Source of the DNA: Acidobacteriota bacterium
GTDB lineage: Bacteria > Acidobacteriota > CAIWXX01
Length of the DNA: 64,000 nucleotides
Reading direction: 5' to 3'
Assembly (NCBI GenBank): GCA_040755995.1
Contig: JBFMAF010000010.1
Location: forward strand, 353,837 to 417,836
Part shown: positions 21,386 to 31,310 of the stretch, one piece after another
Numbering within the stretch: the stretch's first letter is position 1
Layout: each line of letters opens with the position of its first letter
Notes under the pieces: model-generated
What the model was told of the DNA's origin: nothing
Seen by the model: only the letters and a program-made list of their open reading frames with translations
Databases searched by the model: none
Program-made: the position numbers and the translations under genes

Positions 21386-22063
21386 ATGAAGATCGCATCC
21401 CGGTCTCACAGGCAGGCGAAGGGGAGATTGCGAGGTCTGCTCGCGGCTCGCGACCATCCGCAGCTTCTTGCCTGGGCCGCAGGGGACCCGGGCGTCATGG
21501 GCCTGTTGACCTCTTTGCTATTCGAACCGGACGAGCTGATCGTCTGGCGGGCGATTGAGGGGCTGGGGAAGGCAGCCGGGTTGAGGGCCGAGAGCGACCT
21601 GGAGAGTGTGCGAGACCTGCTGCGGCGGTTCATCTGGGCAATGAACGACGAATCGGGCAGCCTGATCTGGCGCGCGCCTGAGGCCATGGGAGAGACGTTG
21701 GCAAACGTGACGGCGCTCGTCGGCGAATACGGCACGATCCTGGCGTCGTATCTGCGGGAGGAGCCCTTTGAGCGCGGCGTGCATTGGGCGATCGCGCGCA
21801 TTGCCGGGCTGGCTCCCGCTACAATCGCGGAGAGCCTTAACGAGCTGGTACGCTCTTTGAGCATGGCCGATCCATATCTCCGAGCCCACGCCGGCATCGC
21901 ATTGGCGACCCTCGGCGCGAAGAGGCCCGCCCTGGCACTCCTTCGCCTGGCACATGACCCGGCACAGCTCACGGTCTACGACTTCACATCCGGCCTGCTC
22001 CGAACGAGCACGGTCGGGCGGGAGGTGCAGGGAGCGCTGAGCCAAAGCGACGGAAGATCGTAG
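21386..22063 (+). CDS. HEAT-repeat protein resembling the DVU0298 family
   Basis: WRAIEGLG, RRFIWAMNDESG..WRAPEAMGE signature; start uncertain. Confidence 0.72.
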   Translation: MKIASRSHRQAKGRLRGLLAARDHPQLLAWAAGDPGVMGLLTSLLFEPDELIVWRAIEGLGKAAGLRAESDLESVRDLLRRFIWAMNDESGSLIWRAPEAMGETLANVTALVGEYGTILASYLREEPFERGVHWAIARIAGLAPATIAESLNELVRSLSMADPYLRAHAGIALATLGAKRPALALLRLAHDPAQLTVYDFTSGLLRTSTVGREVQGALSQSDGRS

Positions 22064-22174
22064 GCGATTCGATCACGGCCCCGACTGCGACAACCATTGT
22101 GCCTGCACCTTGCTTGCGACCGGACTACCGCCAATCCGCTCACTCCCGCGTCCACGCGTCCACGCGCATTTCGC

Positions 22175-22204
22175 TTGACTTTGGCAGTGCAGAGCGTGTA
22201 GTGT
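22175..22204 (+). promoter_or_regulatory. Putative sigma70 promoter for citrate synthase
   Basis: TTGACT-N18-TAGTGT about 180 nt upstream of the ATG. Confidence 0.45.
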
Positions 22205-22387
22205 GAAGGTCTCTTTTCGGAGTCTCGTGAGAAAAGGAAGACCAGCCAGGCGTCATTTGGGAGGATGTTTGGGTTGGTCGTGGGGACCTGTCGGGTGAGG
22301 CAGCACTACCTTGACCAGACCAGCCTCGTCTTGGAGTCCGGCCGGTCCCGTGGGCCTTATGAATCGTATTTTATTTAGGAGGAACTA

Positions 22388-23668
22388 ATGAGCAAACTGA
22401 AGGAAGCGTTGGCCAAATCGATCCCCGCCATGAGGAACGACATCAAGGCGTTCTTGAAGGATCACGGGGAGAAGATCATCGACCAGGTCAGCATCGGCGC
22501 CGTGTACGGCGGCATGCGCGGGCTCAAGGTCATGGTGTGCGACACATCCGAAGTGCCGCCGGACAAGGGGCTGATCATCCGCGGCATCCCGATCAAGGAC
22601 CTGTCGAACAAGCTGCCCGAGGAGATCCTCTGGCTGCTGCTCGTCGGCACCTTGCCGACTCCCGAGGAGACGAAGGACCTGCAAGACGACCTGAGAGCGC
22701 GGGCGAAGAGCGTCCCAGAGTACGTATTCAAGGTGCTGGACGCCATGCCGGCAGACTCGCACCCGATGTGCATGCTCGACACAGGCATCCTGGTGCTCGA
22801 GCGCGAGTCCGAGTTCCGGAAGAAATATGACGAAGGCATGAAGAAAGACGCCTACTGGGAACCGACGCTGGAGGACACGTTGAACCTGCTGGCGTGGATG
22901 CCCGAGGTCGCCGCCTACATCTACCGGAAGCGCTTCAACAAGGGCCCGCGTGTCGCCGCCGACCCGAATCTCGATTGGGCCGGCAACTACGCCCACATGC
23001 TCGGCATCCCGGATCCGACCGGTGAGCTGAAGAACCTGATGCGCCTCTACATGGTGCTGCACAGCGACCACGAAGGCGGCAACGTGTCGGCGCACACGGC
23101 CCACTGCATCGCATCCGCGCTGTCCGACGTTTACTACGCCGTCTCCGGCGGTCTCAACGGCCTCGCCGGCCCGCTCCACGGCCTCGCCAACCAGGAGTGC
23201 CTGGCATGGGTCCTCGAAACCATCGAGAAGTTCCACGGCGCGCCAAGCGAGGAGCAGCTCGCGAAGTACGCTCAGGAAACGCTCGACTCCGGCAAGGTCG
23301 TCCCGGGCTATGGCCATGCGGTTCTCCGCATCACCGACCCGCGTTTCGATGCATTTCTCGCATTCGGCGCACGCGTCTGCCCGAACGACCCGACCTACCA
23401 GACCGTCGCCCGCGTGTTCAACGTGGTGCCGGAAGTTCTGAAAAAGATCCAGAAAATCAAGGATCCGTGGCCCAACGTCGACGCGGCATCCGGCTGCCTC
23501 CTCTACCACTTCGGCATGACCGAGTTTAGCTACTACACCGTGCTGTTCTCGATCTCCCGTACCATGGGGCTCTGCTCGCAGGCCGTCATCGGCCGCGGAT
23601 GGGGCGAGCCGATCGAGCGACCGAAGTCAATGCCCACTCCCTGGTTCAAGGCACAGGCCGCGAAGTAG
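22388..23668 (+). CDS. gltA: Citrate (Si)-synthase, eukaryote/Geobacter-type
   Basis: YGGMRG, LHSDHEGGNVSAH, NGLAGPLHGLANQE, PGYGHAVLR, PWPNVDA, IERPKS; RBS AGGAGG. Confidence 0.95.
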   Translation: MSKLKEALAKSIPAMRNDIKAFLKDHGEKIIDQVSIGAVYGGMRGLKVMVCDTSEVPPDKGLIIRGIPIKDLSNKLPEEILWLLLVGTLPTPEETKDLQDDLRARAKSVPEYVFKVLDAMPADSHPMCMLDTGILVLERESEFRKKYDEGMKKDAYWEPTLEDTLNLLAWMPEVAAYIYRKRFNKGPRVAADPNLDWAGNYAHMLGIPDPTGELKNLMRLYMVLHSDHEGGNVSAHTAHCIASALSDVYYAVSGGLNGLAGPLHGLANQECLAWVLETIEKFHGAPSEEQLAKYAQETLDSGKVVPGYGHAVLRITDPRFDAFLAFGARVCPNDPTYQTVARVFNVVPEVLKKIQKIKDPWPNVDAASGCLLYHFGMTEFSYYTVLFSISRTMGLCSQAVIGRGWGEPIERPKSMPTPWFKAQAAK

Positions 23669-23691
23669 GCAAACAGGTTCGTCAATCCGAG

Positions 23692-23716
23692 AGGCGGGGC
23701 CGCGGCCCCGCCTTTC
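23692..23716 (+). terminator. Intrinsic terminator after citrate synthase
   Basis: AGGCGGGGC-CGCG-GCCCCGCCT hairpin followed by a short T run. Confidence 0.7.
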
Positions 23717-24067
23717 GTCTTGTGCCCCGACTCCGGCGCGGTGTGTCTCGATTGTCTGCGCCGTCCAGAGCACTCGATGCGCCCCCGGGCGAACATACAT
23801 CGCGTCATAAGTCCACGACGGGCTCCGCGAGTCGGCGTAGTGTGCGAGGCGCTGCATAGCAGATCTGCCGGTCGTCTCACGAGTCTCCTGCCTGTACCCC
23901 GCCCAATATCCCCGGTCTCAGCGTGTTTGCACGCGTGCGGTCCGTTCGGCAAGCCGGAAACCACACGGAGCGGGTGCAGGTTGAAGCCTCCGGCTGACGT
24001 GCGCTAGATTGGTGCGATGAGACCCCGTCCCCCCGCGGTCCTGGTTCCGGCTGCCCGCCGGCGCAAC

Positions 24068-24095
24068 GGAACAAATCACGGCGCACCCGCGTTTA
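24068..24095 (+). promoter_or_regulatory. Putative ECF-type autoregulatory promoter
   Basis: GGAAC-N17-CGTTTA just upstream of the ECF sigma gene. Confidence 0.6.
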
Positions 24096-24112
24096 TCCTG
24101 GTGAGATGAGCG

Positions 24113-24688
24113 ATGACTGAGGGATCGCCGAACGACAGAGAGCTCGTTCGGCGCTGCCTCAGAAAGGATGAAGAGGCGTGGCGACTGTTGATCGAGAGAT
24201 ACCACCGGCGAGTCTACAACCTCTGCTACCAGTTTTTCGGCAGAGCCGGAAGGGCGCAGGACATGACTCAGGAGGTGTTCCTGAAGCTCTACGGCTCGCT
24301 CAGCCGGTTCAGGTTCGACATGGAATTCGCCAACTGGATCATGGCGGTCGCGCGGAACCTTTGCATCGACGCCTATAGAAAGGAAAAGAAGAGCATGTTC
24401 GCCAACCTGGACGAAGCCGAACGCGTACCGGCTCCGGCCGGCCTCAGCCCGCTGGCCGAGCTCGAGCGGAAGGACGCGTACAGCCAGGTCCACGATGCGC
24501 TCGTTCGAGTAAGCGAGGACCTGAGGATGGCGGTCATCCTGAGGGACATCCAGGGGTGCAGCTACGATGAGATTGCCGGTATAGCGGGAGTGCCTATCGG
24601 CACGGTGAAATCGAGGATCAACAGGGGGCGGCTCGAGCTGGCTCGCGTGCTGATGGGCGCCCGGGCCGAGAAGGAGCAAGGAGCATGA
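24113..24688 (+). CDS. ECF RNA polymerase sigma factor (SigW/RpoE-like)
   Basis: AQDMTQEVFLK, ARNLCID, SYDEIA, GTVKSRINRGR. Confidence 0.95.
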   Translation: MTEGSPNDRELVRRCLRKDEEAWRLLIERYHRRVYNLCYQFFGRAGRAQDMTQEVFLKLYGSLSRFRFDMEFANWIMAVARNLCIDAYRKEKKSMFANLDEAERVPAPAGLSPLAELERKDAYSQVHDALVRVSEDLRMAVILRDIQGCSYDEIAGIAGVPIGTVKSRINRGRLELARVLMGARAEKEQGA

Positions 24689-25305
24689 ACTGCAAACAGG
24701 TGCAGGACCTGCTTCCTGAGTACGTAGATCGCCAGGTGAGGCAGGTGTTCCTGCGCGACATCGAAGCGCATCTGCGAGGTTGCGATGAGTGTTCAAAGCT
24801 GCTCGCCGTCTACCGCGACAACATCCGGATACTCGGAGCGTTTCCGGAGATCGAGCCGCCGCCGGATCTCGCGGCAAAGATCTTCGAGCGGACGGCAAGG
24901 CGTGGGCTCATTCGCGCGTGGATCGAGCGATACCTGTCGCTTCCACGTTACATTCTCCTGCCCGTGGCAGCGGGGTTGCTCGTCGCCGTGCTCGCCCCCG
25001 TTCTCCTGAGCAACGATGCGGCATCCCGTTCGGCGACCAAGTACGCGCATCGCGCCTGGTCCTTCACATTGAAGCTGTACGGGAGGGCGGAAGGTGTCGG
25101 CCAGGAGATGGCCAGCCTCAAGAATCTCGTTTTCCTGATTCTGGATGAGCGGGTCGAGGAGCTGCAGGAGCAGGTCCAGAGCTACAAGGCTCGAAAACAA
25201 ACCAACGAGCAGCGGCGGTCCCAGAGCAGCTACCTGATGTGCGGGTTGGACTCTGCAGGCTCGGATACACAAGGAGCGGACTCCAATGTACTGCGTCAAT
25301 CATGA
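24685..25305 (+). CDS. Zinc-binding anti-sigma factor (zf-HC2) with TM helix
   Basis: MNC...HLRGCDEC, central hydrophobic segment, ATGA overlap with sigma gene. Confidence 0.88.
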   Translation: MNCKQVQDLLPEYVDRQVRQVFLRDIEAHLRGCDECSKLLAVYRDNIRILGAFPEIEPPPDLAAKIFERTARRGLIRAWIERYLSLPRYILLPVAAGLLVAVLAPVLLSNDAASRSATKYAHRAWSFTLKLYGRAEGVGQEMASLKNLVFLILDERVEELQEQVQSYKARKQTNEQRRSQSSYLMCGLDSAGSDTQGADSNVLRQS

Positions 25306-25930
25306 AGCCGTCGAGAGCGTGACACTCTGTCATGCGTGTGGCAAGGCGATCTGTGCGCAATGCCAGCATGACGTGAAGGGGGTCAACTACTGCCCGGACT
25401 GCCTTGCGAAGGCGGTTGAGCAGCCGAGGGTTGAACCGCCCCGGGCGAAGTCGCCGGGGCTTGCCGCCGTGCTTGCCTTCGTGCCGGGGCTCGGGGCGAT
25501 TTACAACGGGCAGTACGTGAAGGCTGTTGCTTTCATCGCCGTTTTCGCGGGTCTCATCCATGCGATTGACCGGGCCAGAGGCACAGAAGAGCCGTTCGCC
25601 GGGCTGCTCATGGCGGGCTTCTGGTTCTACATGATTTTCGACTCGGTGCGCTCGGCCAGGGCGATCAACCAGGCGGCGGCATCAGAGGGGGCGGCACCCG
25701 CCGCGGCGGTGGCATCGATCAACGGCAAGGAGTCGCTGGGATGGGGTATCGCCATCACCGTGCTGGGCGTCGTTTTCCAGCTTTGGAACCTGGATCTCAT
25801 AAAGCTCTCATCCGTTCTGAAGCTGTGGCCGGTGATCCTCATCGTGATCGCCGTCGGCATGCTGAAGAACTACTTCACCGCATCCGGCGCGGGTTCGAAG
25901 GAGAGGGAGGAGGAGAAGAAAGATGTCTAA
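25286..25930 (+). CDS. B-box-like zinc finger membrane protein with C-terminal LiaF/DUF5668-like segment
   Basis: CVNH..CHACGKAICAQC..YCPDC, PGLGAIYNGQY, LWPVILI. Confidence 0.8.
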   Translation: MYCVNHEAVESVTLCHACGKAICAQCQHDVKGVNYCPDCLAKAVEQPRVEPPRAKSPGLAAVLAFVPGLGAIYNGQYVKAVAFIAVFAGLIHAIDRARGTEEPFAGLLMAGFWFYMIFDSVRSARAINQAAASEGAAPAAAVASINGKESLGWGIAITVLGVVFQLWNLDLIKLSSVLKLWPVILIVIAVGMLKNYFTASGAGSKEREEEKKDV

Positions 25931-26129
25931 GAAAGCTTCGGCGGATGTGCTCGTTTTCGGACTTGCGCTGCTGGCCCTGGGCACGGTGTTCCTGCTGGAG
26001 AACTTCGGCGTGGAGCTGCACCTCTTGAGCGTGGTGGCCAAGTGGTGGCCGCTGATCCTGATTCTGTTCGGTGCATTGAAAATAAAGAGAGCGCTCCAGG
26101 AAAGGAGCGAGCGCGATGCGAGCTCGTGA
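25923..26129 (+). CDS. Small two-TM LiaI/LiaF-like (DUF5668) membrane protein
   Basis: GLALLALGTVFLLEN...KWWPLILILFG; overlaps both neighbours. Confidence 0.78.
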   Translation: MSKKASADVLVFGLALLALGTVFLLENFGVELHLLSVVAKWWPLILILFGALKIKRALQERSERDASS

Positions 26130-27546
26130 GGTCGTATTCGTCCTGTTCGTGATAGCCGTCGGCCTCTGTATCCGGGCGGGGACGGGACTGAAGGAAGACC
26201 TGAAGGACTTCCATGGCTGGCAGATCCATTACTCGGACAAGGCGCACGAATACGTCGAGACCAAGGAAGAGGCGGTTGACGTGAAGGCGCCCATCCGTTT
26301 CGACAACAGCCACGGCGATGCCACGATCACGGGCTGGGATCAGCCGCGTGTTTCGATCAAGCTGACGAAGCGCGTATACCTGGATGACGAAAAGAGGGCG
26401 AAGGAGGAGGCGGCCAAGGCGCACATCCTCCTCGAGTCGAGGGCCGGGGAGACGGTCATAGGGTGCGACCGCGGCGAGTCGCAGTCGTACCGTATCGAGA
26501 CGGACTTCGACATCACGCTTCCTAACTCCATGGTGATCAAGGCGCGGAATGAGCACGGCGACTTGTCGCTGCACGATCTCAAACCCGCCGCTCTCGAAGT
26601 CACCGCCAACTACGGCGAGTGCATGCTCAAGAACGTTGCCGGAGACGTGACGATCCGGGCGGATCACGGCGAGCCGACGATCGAGAACCTAACGGGCAAT
26701 CTTTATGTCGAAAACACATACGGCGAGCTGCAGATCACACAGGTCTCGGGAGACGTGAAGGCCAAGAATACGCACGAGGACACTCAGGTTCAGAAGGTCG
26801 GGGGAGGGCTCGAGCTCGATTCCGACTACGGGGACATCGTCGTGCGCGAGATCGTCAAGGATGCCGTCGTCAGGGGCGATCATTCTGCCGTAGACCTCTC
26901 GGGCTGCGAGGGCAATGTGACCGTCGTGAACAGCTACGAGGACGTGCTGGTCGGCAAGGTGGCCGGTAAACTGGAAATCCACGGAGACCACAGCCCGGTC
27001 GATTTCAGCGGGATCGGAGGAGCTGCCAGAGTCGTGACCTCGTACGAGCGAATCAATGGGCAGGATCTGGCCGGGGCGGTGGAGATACAGGCGGAGCGGG
27101 CGCCGGTAGACCTGGCGGGGGTGGCTGGTGGGTGCACGGTGCGAACCTCTTATGAGGACGTGAGCATCCGCGATTTCACCGGCCGAGTGGACGTCTCCGT
27201 GCCGCACTCCGGATGTCGCCTTCGCACGAACACGCCGCCTTCGGCCCCCATAGTCGTTCGCGCCGACAACGGTGACATCCGCCTGGTGCTGCCTCCAGAG
27301 TCTCAGTTCCAGCTCCTCGCCGAATCACTCACGGGTGAGGTGAACTGCAGATATCCAGGGATGAGCACCTACCGCGACGAACAAAAGCAGTTGACCCGGG
27401 TCACCGGGTCCTCCGGCGGCGGCGCGCGCGGCCCGATGATCGAGCTCTACTGCAAGTATGGAGACGTGACCGTCGCGCAGACCACTGAGTCGGACGAGCA
27501 GGCAGAGACACGGGGCCGCGGTGACACGAAGACGCGGGGGCGTTGA
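26116..27546 (+). CDS. DUF4097/adhesin-like beta-strand repeat protein
   Basis: ~22-aa repeats of x(N/S)x(Y/H)G(D/E)...V.G.V type; N-terminal membrane anchor. Confidence 0.82.
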   Translation: MRAREVVFVLFVIAVGLCIRAGTGLKEDLKDFHGWQIHYSDKAHEYVETKEEAVDVKAPIRFDNSHGDATITGWDQPRVSIKLTKRVYLDDEKRAKEEAAKAHILLESRAGETVIGCDRGESQSYRIETDFDITLPNSMVIKARNEHGDLSLHDLKPAALEVTANYGECMLKNVAGDVTIRADHGEPTIENLTGNLYVENTYGELQITQVSGDVKAKNTHEDTQVQKVGGGLELDSDYGDIVVREIVKDAVVRGDHSAVDLSGCEGNVTVVNSYEDVLVGKVAGKLEIHGDHSPVDFSGIGGAARVVTSYERINGQDLAGAVEIQAERAPVDLAGVAGGCTVRTSYEDVSIRDFTGRVDVSVPHSGCRLRTNTPPSAPIVVRADNGDIRLVLPPESQFQLLAESLTGEVNCRYPGMSTYRDEQKQLTRVTGSSGGGARGPMIELYCKYGDVTVAQTTESDEQAETRGRGDTKTRGR

Positions 27547-27730
27547 GACCGGAGACGCGGCGACGCGCGGACAGGGAGACAGTTACGCCGAGACGCGGAA
27601 AAGCGGCAGGTAATACCTGTCGCGGCCGCGCCGCGCGGACGCCGGCTCGCAGGCGGGTTATAATCTGCTACTGGGCGTGCGCGGTCCGCAGGCCGCACAA
27701 CCCCGGGGACGGAGCAGAAAGGAAGAACGG

Positions 27731-28498
27731 ATGCTCTCGAAGAACGCGCCACGCACGGTGATCGTGACGGGCGGAGGGAGCGGGATCGGTCTGACCATGG
27801 CACGGCGTTTCGCCGAGGCGGGCGATCGTGTGGCAGTGTGTTCGCGAAAGGCGAGTAACCTGGATCGTGCCCGCAGGGACATCACGGGCGATCTGCTCGT
27901 CGCCGAATGCGACGTGCGCGAGAAGTCGCAGATTCGAGAGTTCGTGTCACGAGTCGTGGAGCGAATGGGGAACATCCACGTGTTGATCAACAATTCGGGG
28001 GTCGGCGGGCGCAACCCGATCGATCGGGACATGACCGATTTCTTCCGCGACTGCCTGGAGACCAACGTGACGGGGGCCTTCCATTTCATCCAGAGGGTGC
28101 TGCCGGAAATGCCCGAGGACGGCCGGATCATCAACGTGGCCTCGGTGCTCGGGAAATTCGGCGTCCCGGCATCTTCCGCATACTGCGCAAGCAAGCACGC
28201 GCTGATCGGGTTAACGCGCGCGCTGGCCCTGGAGCTGGCTCCACGGCGCATCACCGTCAACGCGATCTGCCCGGGCTGGGTCGACACTGAGATGTCACGG
28301 GATTCCATGGCGCAGCTTGCGGGCATCATGGGCACCACACCCGCCCAGTTCCAGAAGAAGGCTCTCGGCCATGTTCCGATTCAGCGCTTCGTCGAGCCCG
28401 ACGAGGTCGCTGCGATGGCGCTGTACCTGGCATCGGCCGAGGCCGCTGCGATCACTGGGCAGGCCTTCAACATCTGCGGCGGCCAGAGCTTTTACTGA
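27731..28498 (+). CDS. Short-chain dehydrogenase/reductase
   Basis: TGGGSGIG, NNSG, YCASK, NAICPGWVDT. Confidence 0.93.
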   Translation: MLSKNAPRTVIVTGGGSGIGLTMARRFAEAGDRVAVCSRKASNLDRARRDITGDLLVAECDVREKSQIREFVSRVVERMGNIHVLINNSGVGGRNPIDRDMTDFFRDCLETNVTGAFHFIQRVLPEMPEDGRIINVASVLGKFGVPASSAYCASKHALIGLTRALALELAPRRITVNAICPGWVDTEMSRDSMAQLAGIMGTTPAQFQKKALGHVPIQRFVEPDEVAAMALYLASAEAAAITGQAFNICGGQSFY

Positions 28499-28631
28499 GT
28501 TCTCCGCAGCCGGAGCCGACCCCGTGCGTCTGCAACCCGGTGAGCGTGAACGTCGGCGGGAACGAGAACGTCGACGATCCCACCCGAGTAGCTATCCGGC
28601 CACCCGGAGTTCCTACCCGGGCCGCGCCTGA

Positions 28632-31004
28632 CTACAGCTTGTCGAACGCCTTCAGGTCTTCCAGGATGTCGATTGCGTTCTTGTAGCGGCGCTCGGGTTC
28701 CTTCTGCAGGCACTTGAGCATGATCTTGTCGCAGGCGGCAGGCAGGTCTTCGCGAACCTGGGTGGGCGGCGGCACCTTCTCGAAGAGATGCTGGTATAGG
28801 ACACGCTCGCTGTGAAACGGCGGATGACCCACGAGCAGGTGATATAGTGACGCTCCCAGGGAGTAGATGTCAGTGCGGTGATCCACCTTCTTGCCCTGGA
28901 TCTGCTCGGGTGACATGTAGTACGGCGTCCCGCTGACGGCGCCGCTCTGTGTCTGCTCCGATTCATCCAGAATCTTGGCCAGCCCGAAGTCCATGAGCTT
29001 GATCTGCCCGCTCTTGGTCAACATTATGTTTGTGGGCTTGATATCACGGTGAATGATCTTCTGCTTGTGGGCGTAGTCGAGGGCCTGGCAGAGATGCCGG
29101 GTCAGGAACACGAACTGAGGCACCGTCAGGCGTTTCCACTTCTCGAGGAGCATCATGAAATCCTCGCCCTCGACGTACTCCATGGAGATGAAGTAGTTCT
29201 TGCCCATTCGCCCCACGTCGAACACCGTCACGATGTTGGGATGATTCAGGGCGGCGGCTGACCGGGCTTCCGTAAAAAACTGGTCGACCACCTTCTGGTC
29301 CGAGTGGATGGGGTGAGACAGGATTTTCAGCGCGACCAGGCGCTTGAGGATCTTGTCCTGCGCCTTGTACACCATTCCCATCCCGCCCTCGCCGATCTTG
29401 TCCAGCAACTCGTACCGCTCCAACCCGTCCGACGCCGCTGGCGCGACGATCTGCCCTGTGGTCTTCATCCCCGGGGGCGGAGCCTTCGACACCTCCTCCT
29501 CCAGCCGGCGGATGCGCTCGCGCACATCCCGATACGAGTAGTCTTCCTGTCCGATCTTCTTGAACAGGGTCAACGCTTCGCGCTTGCGGCCCACCTTCTC
29601 GACGGCCTCTGCCATCAAGTAGTACAACTCGATCGTGCCGGACTGGATGGGCTGATCCGCTGTGGCCTTCATGTAGCGGTCGATCGCAAGGTCGAACTGC
29701 CCTTTGGCTACGAAGAGCTTCCCGAGGATTGTGCAGGCGGTGAGGTAGTGCTCGTCGGGCGGCGGCACCTTCTGGAGAAGCACCAGGGCCTTCTCGTCAT
29801 CGCCCGCGTCTCTGGCGGCCATCCCGGCGTCGAAGAAACTGCTGGCTATCTCGAGCAGCTCGGCTGCCTTGGCGAAATTCTTCAGCTCGTTGTAGAGGTT
29901 ACCCGCCTTCAGGAAATCGTTTCCTCGCTCGTACATGCTCGCGGCCATCTCGCGATCATTCGCCCTCAGGTAGGCCTCCGCGGCGGGCAGGAATGACTCG
30001 TTCTTCACGAAGCAGGCGGCGGATTCCCGGTACATGCCCTCCCATTCGTACAGCTCCGCGGCACGCACAAAGTCCCCGGCCTTCTCGAACCAGGATGCCG
30101 CCTCGGCCTGCTTGCCGGCGGCTATGGCTCCCTCGGCGCGCATCGCGGCAGCGGCGGTAGATTCACCGCCAAGCTCCAGCATCTCAGCCGCCTTATCGAA
30201 ACTCGAGATCTTCGCAAAGTGCTTGGCAGCATCCTTGTACCGCTTCGCCTTGGCGCAGAACTGAGCCGCCTCCTTGTAAAGCTTCTCCCTTGTGCAAATC
30301 TCGATCGATTTGGCAGTCTCCCCCGTGCGGTCATACAAAGTCGCCGCGGCCACGGCCATTCGGGCGCTCTCCTTGGAAAGGCCCGTGCCGCCGGCGGTGG
30401 CCGTCGTGAACCCGCGGCTCTCTTCGTACCCCTTCTCATACGCCTTCGCGGCCTTGAGCACGTTGCCCGCCTTCTCATACGTCTGGGCCGCCTTCAGATG
30501 GGCGCCGCTCCGTTCGAGCAGCTCGGCCGCCTTCTCGTAGTTCTGTAACTGCAGATAGACCTCCGCTGCCTTGTCCCAGTTGCTGGAGTGTTCGAAGATC
30601 TCCGCCGCCCGCAACGGGCGGTTTGTCGAGAGCGCCAGGTTCGCGGCCGATTCATGGTCACGGGCCTGGAGATAGCAGATGATGGCCTTGTCGATCTGCT
30701 TCAGCTTCTCATGAAGCACTGCCGCCGCCGCGTACTCACGCCCGTCGGTGTAGACCTTGATGGCGTCTTCCCACATCTCCAGACGCTCGAACGCTTCACC
30801 AGCCCCCAGGTAGTTGTGAACTGCCGCCAATCTCCGCGCCTGTTGCACCTCCCACGCGTTCTTGAAAAACGTGCGCTGGAACCAGTCGATCAGCGTGGCG
30901 CGGCCTCCACCCCTTCCCCGTAGCGAACGAATAGAAGTCGTGATCACATAGTACGCGACCACACCGATGATGACATAGACGACAAGAATGACTCCCTCGG
31001 GCAT
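28632..31004 (-). CDS. Hanks-type Ser/Thr kinase with N-terminal TM anchor and long TPR/SNAP-like helical repeats
   Basis: GEGGMGMVY, HRDIKPTN, DFG, GTPYYMSPE; 13-aa periodic AAxxY/FExxG repeats; start approximate. Confidence 0.9.
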   Translation of the reverse strand: MPEGVILVVYVIIGVVAYYVITTSIRSLRGRGGGRATLIDWFQRTFFKNAWEVQQARRLAAVHNYLGAGEAFERLEMWEDAIKVYTDGREYAAAAVLHEKLKQIDKAIICYLQARDHESAANLALSTNRPLRAAEIFEHSSNWDKAAEVYLQLQNYEKAAELLERSGAHLKAAQTYEKAGNVLKAAKAYEKGYEESRGFTTATAGGTGLSKESARMAVAAATLYDRTGETAKSIEICTREKLYKEAAQFCAKAKRYKDAAKHFAKISSFDKAAEMLELGGESTAAAAMRAEGAIAAGKQAEAASWFEKAGDFVRAAELYEWEGMYRESAACFVKNESFLPAAEAYLRANDREMAASMYERGNDFLKAGNLYNELKNFAKAAELLEIASSFFDAGMAARDAGDDEKALVLLQKVPPPDEHYLTACTILGKLFVAKGQFDLAIDRYMKATADQPIQSGTIELYYLMAEAVEKVGRKREALTLFKKIGQEDYSYRDVRERIRRLEEEVSKAPPPGMKTTGQIVAPAASDGLERYELLDKIGEGGMGMVYKAQDKILKRLVALKILSHPIHSDQKVVDQFFTEARSAAALNHPNIVTVFDVGRMGKNYFISMEYVEGEDFMMLLEKWKRLTVPQFVFLTRHLCQALDYAHKQKIIHRDIKPTNIMLTKSGQIKLMDFGLAKILDESEQTQSGAVSGTPYYMSPEQIQGKKVDHRTDIYSLGASLYHLLVGHPPFHSERVLYQHLFEKVPPPTQVREDLPAACDKIMLKCLQKEPERRYKNAIDILEDLKAFDKL

Positions 31005-31310
31005 CTCGTCCAGGATACCGCCGCGCAGGTGCATGCGCCCCAGATCGGCAAAGGCCAGTGCAAACATTTTCGGTTGAATACTATGAGGCGAGCCCACGTC
31101 TGTCAAGGAAACGATTGAACAGGGGTGCTGGGCGATTCAGGGTTCGTGCCCCTGGGCTCGTACCCGCGCCAATCCCGGGCACCGACTTCGGCAACTCGAA
31201 CGGGTACGGGCACGGACACGGTCAGTTCGAGCCGCAAGAGGCTGCCAGCCCGCTCTACAGGCGCGCCGGGTATCCGCGCTATTGTGGACTCGTGGCACGC
31301 TGAGTATCAT

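Noticed and set aside
23720..24060. Possible ncRNA or degenerate REP (GCAGGTTGAAGCCTCCGGCTGAC) between citrate synthase and the ECF sigma gene
   Set aside because: Only short, weak stems and no recognisable family.
24113..27546. ECF sigma, anti-sigma, B-box/LiaF-like and DUF4097 operon as a novel system
   Set aside because: Matches a commonly seen SigW-like envelope-stress arrangement; listed as features only.
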